Shown here: positions 58,686 through 64,000 of the stretch, piece after piece | Numbering within the stretch: position 1 is the first letter of the stretch | How the letters are laid out: every line of letters begins with the position of its first letter | Source of the DNA: Candidatus Hermodarchaeota archaeon | GTDB lineage: Archaea > Asgardarchaeota > Hermodarchaeia > Hermodarchaeales > Hermodarchaeaceae | Reading direction: 5' to 3' | NCBI GenBank assembly: GCA_016839805.1 | Contig: JAEOTO010000015.1 | Coordinates: forward strand, 1 to 64,000 | Length of the DNA: 64,000 nt | The notes under the pieces: model-generated | Database searches by the model: none | What the model saw: the letters and a program-made list of their open reading frames with translations, nothing else | Told to the model about the DNA's origin: nothing | Made by a program: the position numbers and the translations under genes

Positions 58686-59453
58686 TTGAAGAAACGCATT
58701 CAACCACATATACGACTCGGTGAAGGTGACGTCGCGAAAATCGTGTTTATTGCAGGAAATCCCGACCGCGTCCCTAAAATTGCAAATAAGATGAAAGATC
58801 CTGCTGAAATTGGAAACTATCGCGGTCTCGTATCGTATCGCGCTTTTACTCCCGAAGGTGTTGAGGTTACAGTAGCTACCTCGGGGATGGGTACGCCCTC
58901 TACCCACATTGTCATCGAAGAACTCCATAAACTAGGTGCTGAAGTATTTATTCGGATTGGAACCTGTGGCGGTGTCAATCCCAAACTAAAAACTGGAGAT
59001 GTCGTTGTGGCGACAGGTGCAGTTCGTGATGAACTCACTAGCTCCAATTATGCCCCTATGGAATACCCGGCAGTCGCAACTCCAGAATTATATTTAGCCC
59101 TCCTCAAAGCGATTCAAGAGCTTCTTCCTACAACTCGCATTCATGCAGGCCTTGTTTGGTCAACTGATATCTACTATGATCATCGTGAGGGAGATATCTT
59201 AGGGCGGTGGACACGGGCACGCGTCCAATGTGTGGAAATGGAATCCTCATTACTTTTTGTCTTTGCACAAACCCGTGGAATCCATGCTGGTTCAATCTTA
59301 GCATGTGATGGCAACCTCCATTCCCACCAGAAAGGTGAACAGACCGATGAGACAGAACAAACCGGAGAACAGAACCCCCTCTTAGTGGAAGCCGTGTCTA
59401 AAGAAACTGAAGCCGCAATCAAAGCCGTTGATGAATTATACGCATCAAAATAG
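58686..59453 (+). CDS. udp: Nucleoside (uridine-type) phosphorylase
   Basis: QPHI, GNPDRV, SGMGTPS, IRIGTCG, VEMES. Confidence 0.9.
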   Translation: MKKRIQPHIRLGEGDVAKIVFIAGNPDRVPKIANKMKDPAEIGNYRGLVSYRAFTPEGVEVTVATSGMGTPSTHIVIEELHKLGAEVFIRIGTCGGVNPKLKTGDVVVATGAVRDELTSSNYAPMEYPAVATPELYLALLKAIQELLPTTRIHAGLVWSTDIYYDHREGDILGRWTRARVQCVEMESSLLFVFAQTRGIHAGSILACDGNLHSHQKGEQTDETEQTGEQNPLLVEAVSKETEAAIKAVDELYASK

Positions 59454-59581
59454 CTACTTTTCACGCCTCAAAGGATAGTGATAAGAAGGCAAAAGTCAAG
59501 ATATAGATTGTTAAGGAGCAACAACCCTTAACCCCTAAGCAAGTAGCTCTTCACTCGAAGCGGTCTTCATATCAGTAACTG

Positions 59582-59833
59582 ATGACTGATGAGGCTCATC
59601 CTAGGAGTGAAAAAACGTTGAGGCTAATCAAATGTACAATAAGAGGTCACGATTATGTACCTCTATACGCTAGACTCAACAATGACCCGGAAGGGCCCAT
59701 TGAAGGAATCATGCACGTTTGCCGGCGCTGCGGCAATCAGAAACCATTCCAAGGTTTACTCCGTAAGGGAGCTAAGCTCTTCAACGATAAGGGTCAGTGG
59801 CTGACCACCGTTGAAAAAGAAGCTGTTATCTAA
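59582..59833 (+). CDS. Small zinc-finger protein (C-x4-H ... CxxC, DUF1660-like)
   Basis: KCTIRGHDY and VCRRCG. Confidence 0.6.
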   Translation: MTDEAHPRSEKTLRLIKCTIRGHDYVPLYARLNNDPEGPIEGIMHVCRRCGNQKPFQGLLRKGAKLFNDKGQWLTTVEKEAVI

Positions 59834-59997
59834 CTTTTTTGTCGAAAACTATTACAATTACTTCAGCTAACTGGCTATGATTTATCCCTCATTAGGAGCT
59901 GTTATGTTTTGCGAAATCAGCTGAAGGGTTGGAACCTGTTCCGTATAGTATACCTCATCGTGTTACTCATTGCCATGTTGGTGTACTTCGACTTTCA

Positions 59998-62592
59998 TTA
60001 ACCCGTACTATTTTTGTTAGATATTAATAATCGCCAACCTAAAATGGCCATGATAGTAATGGGGAGAAAAATCGCAGTGAATGCTAGCACTAAGAGGAAT
60101 GAGACATTAAAATTTAATCCTTGAGGAAATGGATCTTGGCTTGCTGCGCTTCCCGGAATAATAAACGGTATATCCCCATATCCATCTCCATTCAAATCCC
60201 ATCCAACATAATCCGACCAATAATTTCTTTGAAATACATTTGCCTCCCCTTCATCCCAACAATTTGTTATTCGGTTTTCTATGAAGATATTATTTACAAT
60301 TTGGTTGTTAGTACTACTATTGTATAGAAATAGTCCATACTCGTTATCAGCCAAGATATTGAAAAAAATCCTGGCAGAATTTTCGTTTTGAACTTGTATT
60401 CCCCGTCCAAAATTATTGACACAGAAGTTATCTGAAATGAAGTTTAAGCTTCCTTCTTGGAGATTGATACCGGAACTTAAATTTTGACTACAATTATTGT
60501 AATTGATATCTATATAATGGACCTGAACAAGGGAAATCCCGTGTCCATTATCAATGAGTAGATTATGTGACACTGCACATTCATTATTATCTTCCATATA
60601 TTCCAAGTAAATACCTACAGAATTATTCGAACACACATTAGAAGAGATATTCAACCACGATAGTTCAGCTCCCCAAATTCCAGAGTCAGAATTTCCTATG
60701 CAAACATTATCAGTAATAATACAGCTTCGTTCCCATAAAAGAGAAATCCCTACTTCATTAAATTCGCATGTATTGTTATACATGAAACCATCTTCGTTGC
60801 CATACATTTCTATTCCATTGTTTTCATTATTTGAACAGATGTTGTTGAGAATGGAGTATGCTCGTCCATTGTTACAATATATCCCCACCCGATTAAACTC
60901 GCAAAGATTATCGCTTATTGTGATGGTCTCAAAACTCGTTGCCCGTATTCCTATCCAATTATGAGTAAATCGATTTTCTGAAATCTCAATATATGCGCAC
61001 TGAGTGATACTAATACCATAATCGCAATTATCAAATTGATTCTGAATGATTTGACAGTGCCTAGAGCTTATCAGAGTTAAGCCTTCGCCATCCCGAGGGT
61101 CATGTTGCCTATATCTATTACAAGTTATTGTACAGGAATCAGAAAATTCCAATCGAGTACCACAAGAGTACCGATGATGTAGGTAAAAGAGGCTTTGCTG
61201 TACCCTGATGTTCGTTGAAAAACAAATCAGAACACTTGTTGTAAAGGCACTCATATATCGATTCTCTATTTGTATATTACTACAATTGAACAGAAAAATC
61301 TGTGCAGCATTTGCTGGAATAGCAGCGTTAGTTTGATTGACGCAAAAAATGATCGGTTGCCCATTAATTGTGTTCCCTTGAAAATTTGACTGATTAATGT
61401 TTGGAAGGAGATAGGAGAACTCAATTCCACAGTCAATCAATGAATTATTTACTAAAACAACATGTTCAATGGGGGCTGTTATGAATCTGAAATCAGCCTT
61501 TCCTGTGTTATTAATTATCTTGTTATGGAGTGAACTGGAATAGAGATCGATACAACGCCAGTTTGAAAAAAGGGTATTGTGTTGAATGAGATTCGAAGCT
61601 GCATGTTCTAATTCGATTGCTTCACGGCTTTGGCAGTTGTTATAGGTAATAGTATTGTTGTTTGAGTGCCAAAGCGATATTCCACAATGACCCTCATTGA
61701 TTGTGTTATTACTCAATTTGTTGTAGTGTGATAATGAAAGGCTGATTGGATAATTAGTGGAGAGAAAAGTATTGTTGGCGATTGTGTTGTTATGGGATGA
61801 ATAAATGTAGACTCCATGATAATACCCTTGAAACGTGTTGAATCGCATCAAGTTATTTTGACAGCTATCGTAAAATTGAATATCGTAATTGTTGTCTATG
61901 AATGTGTTGTTTTGTATGGTCGTCCAAGAGCAGCCACACATTAGAATTCCTGTATTATCGGACCAACAGGTATTATTTCTCAGAGTGGCATTGACGGTGT
62001 TGAAGAGATGAATTCCAAACATATAGGGGGCTTCAAAGAGATTACAATTCGCGATAATAAAGTGTGCCTGAGTATTGCGGATCTCGATACAATCGCTAAG
62101 GGTGCCCGAAGCATTAATGTTAAGATTTTCAATGCGATAAGGATCTTGAAAGGTGCCGGATCCGGGCCACCCTTGTGTGATAAAATCATCATCACCAAGG
62201 ATCCGAAACGGTTGATGATCGATGTTTGGACCAGGTAGAATAGGAATTGTTGTGTTTTTTTCTTGGAATTCTAATGAGTGTCCTGTTATGTAGCTAGTAT
62301 TTTGGTTTTTAATAGGGATTCGTGAAAGTTGGGTAGGTTGGTAAGAATAGTTCGTTTGATTTGGCAATTGTTTGGTAACAGATTCAATTTTTGTAGGGGT
62401 ATCATGAGAGAATGGATAGGTTAAAACTGAATTGAAGTGAAATACTTGTATGAATGGGATAACCAGGGGCCCCGTTAGTATTAATACAAGGAGGTAATTC
62501 CTCTGTTGAATGGTTCTTCTGGTTCTAAACAGTTGCTGATTCACTTTTTGCCCCTCAAAAGATGCATTCAATTTACATCTGGTGCCATCCAA
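59998..62592 (-). CDS. NosD/pectin-lyase-like right-handed beta-helix surface protein
   Basis: GWPGSGT..DPYRIE, many GI.L..S.NN.I.NN repeats, NYWSDY..D.NGDG.GD.P, DPFP; TMs near both ends. Confidence 0.9.
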   Translation of the reverse strand: MDGTRCKLNASFEGQKVNQQLFRTRRTIQQRNYLLVLILTGPLVIPFIQVFHFNSVLTYPFSHDTPTKIESVTKQLPNQTNYSYQPTQLSRIPIKNQNTSYITGHSLEFQEKNTTIPILPGPNIDHQPFRILGDDDFITQGWPGSGTFQDPYRIENLNINASGTLSDCIEIRNTQAHFIIANCNLFEAPYMFGIHLFNTVNATLRNNTCWSDNTGILMCGCSWTTIQNNTFIDNNYDIQFYDSCQNNLMRFNTFQGYYHGVYIYSSHNNTIANNTFLSTNYPISLSLSHYNKLSNNTINEGHCGISLWHSNNNTITYNNCQSREAIELEHAASNLIQHNTLFSNWRCIDLYSSSLHNKIINNTGKADFRFITAPIEHVVLVNNSLIDCGIEFSYLLPNINQSNFQGNTINGQPIIFCVNQTNAAIPANAAQIFLFNCSNIQIENRYMSAFTTSVLICFSTNIRVQQSLFYLHHRYSCGTRLEFSDSCTITCNRYRQHDPRDGEGLTLISSRHCQIIQNQFDNCDYGISITQCAYIEISENRFTHNWIGIRATSFETITISDNLCEFNRVGIYCNNGRAYSILNNICSNNENNGIEMYGNEDGFMYNNTCEFNEVGISLLWERSCIITDNVCIGNSDSGIWGAELSWLNISSNVCSNNSVGIYLEYMEDNNECAVSHNLLIDNGHGISLVQVHYIDINYNNCSQNLSSGINLQEGSLNFISDNFCVNNFGRGIQVQNENSARIFFNILADNEYGLFLYNSSTNNQIVNNIFIENRITNCWDEGEANVFQRNYWSDYVGWDLNGDGYGDIPFIIPGSAASQDPFPQGLNFNVSFLLVLAFTAIFLPITIMAILGWRLLISNKNSTG

Positions 62593-62732
62593 TCAGTCGT
62601 AAATCGTCTTTATGAGATAAAAATTAGCAGGGTACACGTAAACACGGAGAAGATTGCTTCTAGTAATGTATAAAGATTTATTTAGGCAAGTCAAGTGACT
62701 TCTATCTATCATCATCTTTGGTGACAGATATT

Positions 62733-62909
62733 ATGAGTATTCATTGTCATGAAATGAAAAAGGGACAAATCTTCACTTGTGAAGACTGTGGGCTTGAACT
62801 GCAAGTAGTGACTGAATGTACCGAATGTGAGACGCCGGAAGGCACCTGTGGCTGCGAGGCCCCTTGCACCTTCGAATGCTGTGGAAAAGATCTCACTCTC
62901 AAGAAGTAA
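62733..62909 (+). CDS. Small Cys-rich desulforedoxin/metallothionein-like protein
   Basis: 58 aa, 10 Cys; GQIFTCEDCG...CCG desulforedoxin frame; GGTGA RBS. Confidence 0.75.
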   Translation: MSIHCHEMKKGQIFTCEDCGLELQVVTECTECETPEGTCGCEAPCTFECCGKDLTLKK

Positions 62910-62943
62910 TCGATGTTTCTTCTAAAATGGTTCAATAAGGGAC

Positions 62944-63294
62944 TTAGGGTTTTATGTAAACCCATCCCTCTGCCTGTTTTTTTACCAGTTCACCGACACC
63001 TGAGGTCACGAACTCAACTGTATCCAACAAGAAATCTCGTCCTAGATTATTAGCGGCTAGCGAATTCTCACAAATCGCAAACACAACTCCACAGTTCACC
63101 AGCTTCTTGATTCTATTAGGGACTGGGCAGGTCTCAGTCACAAAGAGTTTCACACCTGCACCATTCACAACAAGTTCTACAGAGACCTCTCCCTCTCCAA
63201 GATCTGTGAGTAGATTCTCAATGTTGCTTAGCGCTAGTTTTAGGCGAAAGTTACTGCCTTCATCCAAATGAAACAGAACTCGATATTTTGTCAT
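62944..63294 (-). CDS. DsrE family protein
   Basis: VLFHLD, ELVVNG, ICENSL, SGVGEL..KQ.EGW.YIKP; ATG 63294. Confidence 0.9.
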   Translation of the reverse strand: MTKYRVLFHLDEGSNFRLKLALSNIENLLTDLGEGEVSVELVVNGAGVKLFVTETCPVPNRIKKLVNCGVVFAICENSLAANNLGRDFLLDTVEFVTSGVGELVKKQAEGWVYIKP

Positions 63295-63424
63295 TAGAAT
63301 CCATCTCAGACGTTTTTTATTGCCTTGTGTTGTTAATTGGGTTATTTGTCTTTCTAAAACAAAAATACTTGAGAACAGTAAAGCTAAGGGCATCTTCCTG
63401 CACTAATACTGGAATGGTGATTTA

Positions 63425-63907
63425 GTGGCTGTCGGTCGATTTCAAGTCATGGCGGTTCTCCAAGCTGCACGGGCACATATCCTCGGCTTAGAAATGTCCA
63501 CTGCAAAAAGTTGGGGGCTAAATCGGGCGATTTTCTATGCAGCGGCAAAACGTGGCTTCAAAGGAGCCAAACCGTACAAACGCTCACGAAGTGAGGTGAA
63601 AGAAACACCTGTCGCTGATACGCCAGAAGCCTTTCATTTAGGGAGTGAAATGGCCTTCAAAGCATCCACTGATGAAGGTCCCATGTTTTTTATGATGGGT
63701 GGAAAAGTCCAAACCGAAGAAGAATTCGAAAGACAAATCGCAACCCGATTTGCTGGAACATTTGATCAAGCATGGAGTGATGCCATTGAATATGTACAAG
63801 GCTTTGACAAGTCAACATTATTGTCGCAAAGTGGCTTTTTCAATCAAGTCTACAAACCTCGTCGAGATGAGCTAGCTACAAAATGGTCTCAACTTGTGAA
63901 AGAATGA
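63425..63907 (+). CDS. Hypothetical protein
   Basis: GTG start with GGTGA RBS; 160-aa ORF with motif-like N-terminus VGRFQVMA...AKSWGLNRAIFYAAAK. Confidence 0.8.
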   Translation: MAVGRFQVMAVLQAARAHILGLEMSTAKSWGLNRAIFYAAAKRGFKGAKPYKRSRSEVKETPVADTPEAFHLGSEMAFKASTDEGPMFFMMGGKVQTEEEFERQIATRFAGTFDQAWSDAIEYVQGFDKSTLLSQSGFFNQVYKPRRDELATKWSQLVKE

Positions 63908-63921
63908 AAAAAGAAGGATGG

Positions 63922-63948
63922 AGTGACGTTTTCTACAAGAACGTCACT
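63922..63948. terminator. Hairpin, probable terminator
   Basis: AGTGACGTT/AACGTCACT 9-bp stem just after the stop; pyrimidine/T run follows on the minus strand. Confidence 0.5.
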
Positions 63949-64000
63949 ATTTAATGACCTACAATGCCTTTGAACAACAACGTTAAACCACTGAGAATCG

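Noticed and set aside
1-64000. Short antisense or nested ORFs in the six-frame track; CRISPR arrays
   Set aside because: They shadow well-supported genes and lack motifs; no regularly spaced repeat-spacer array was seen

Overview
Gene-dense archaeal chromosomal window with about 55 CDS and no rRNA, tRNA, CRISPR array, transposase or intact integrase. GGTGA/GGAG ribosome-binding sites, TATA-like promoters, a Rab-like domain and large C-terminally anchored surface proteins suggest an Asgard archaeon (inference). Three themes dominate. (1) Small-molecule sensing, detoxification and efflux: 3 GyrI-like domains, 2 BtrH/papain-like domains, 3 GNATs, 2 MBL hydrolases, a C45 Ntn hydrolase, GGT, nitroreductase, LLM, 2 MFS, 2 ABC systems, and ArsR/PadR/TetR regulators, two of which have visible operators. 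(2) Repair of alkylated or crosslinked DNA: ATL, AlkD, YcaQ/AlkZ, a radical SAM-HhH fusion and a divergent Fpg. (3) Four large surface proteins, including a 21-repeat beta-propeller and a gingipain-like C25 protease. The most notable oddities are: a modular ArsR scaffold fused to either a GyrI or an apparently inactive BtrH-like domain, both of which also occur stand-alone in a PadR operon; a zinc-ribbon/Rab-like pseudo-GTPase; three genes with a single in-frame stop in their first 36 codons; and three highly structured intergenic regions that may be ncRNAs. All calls come from reading the sequence; no searches or folding programs were run.
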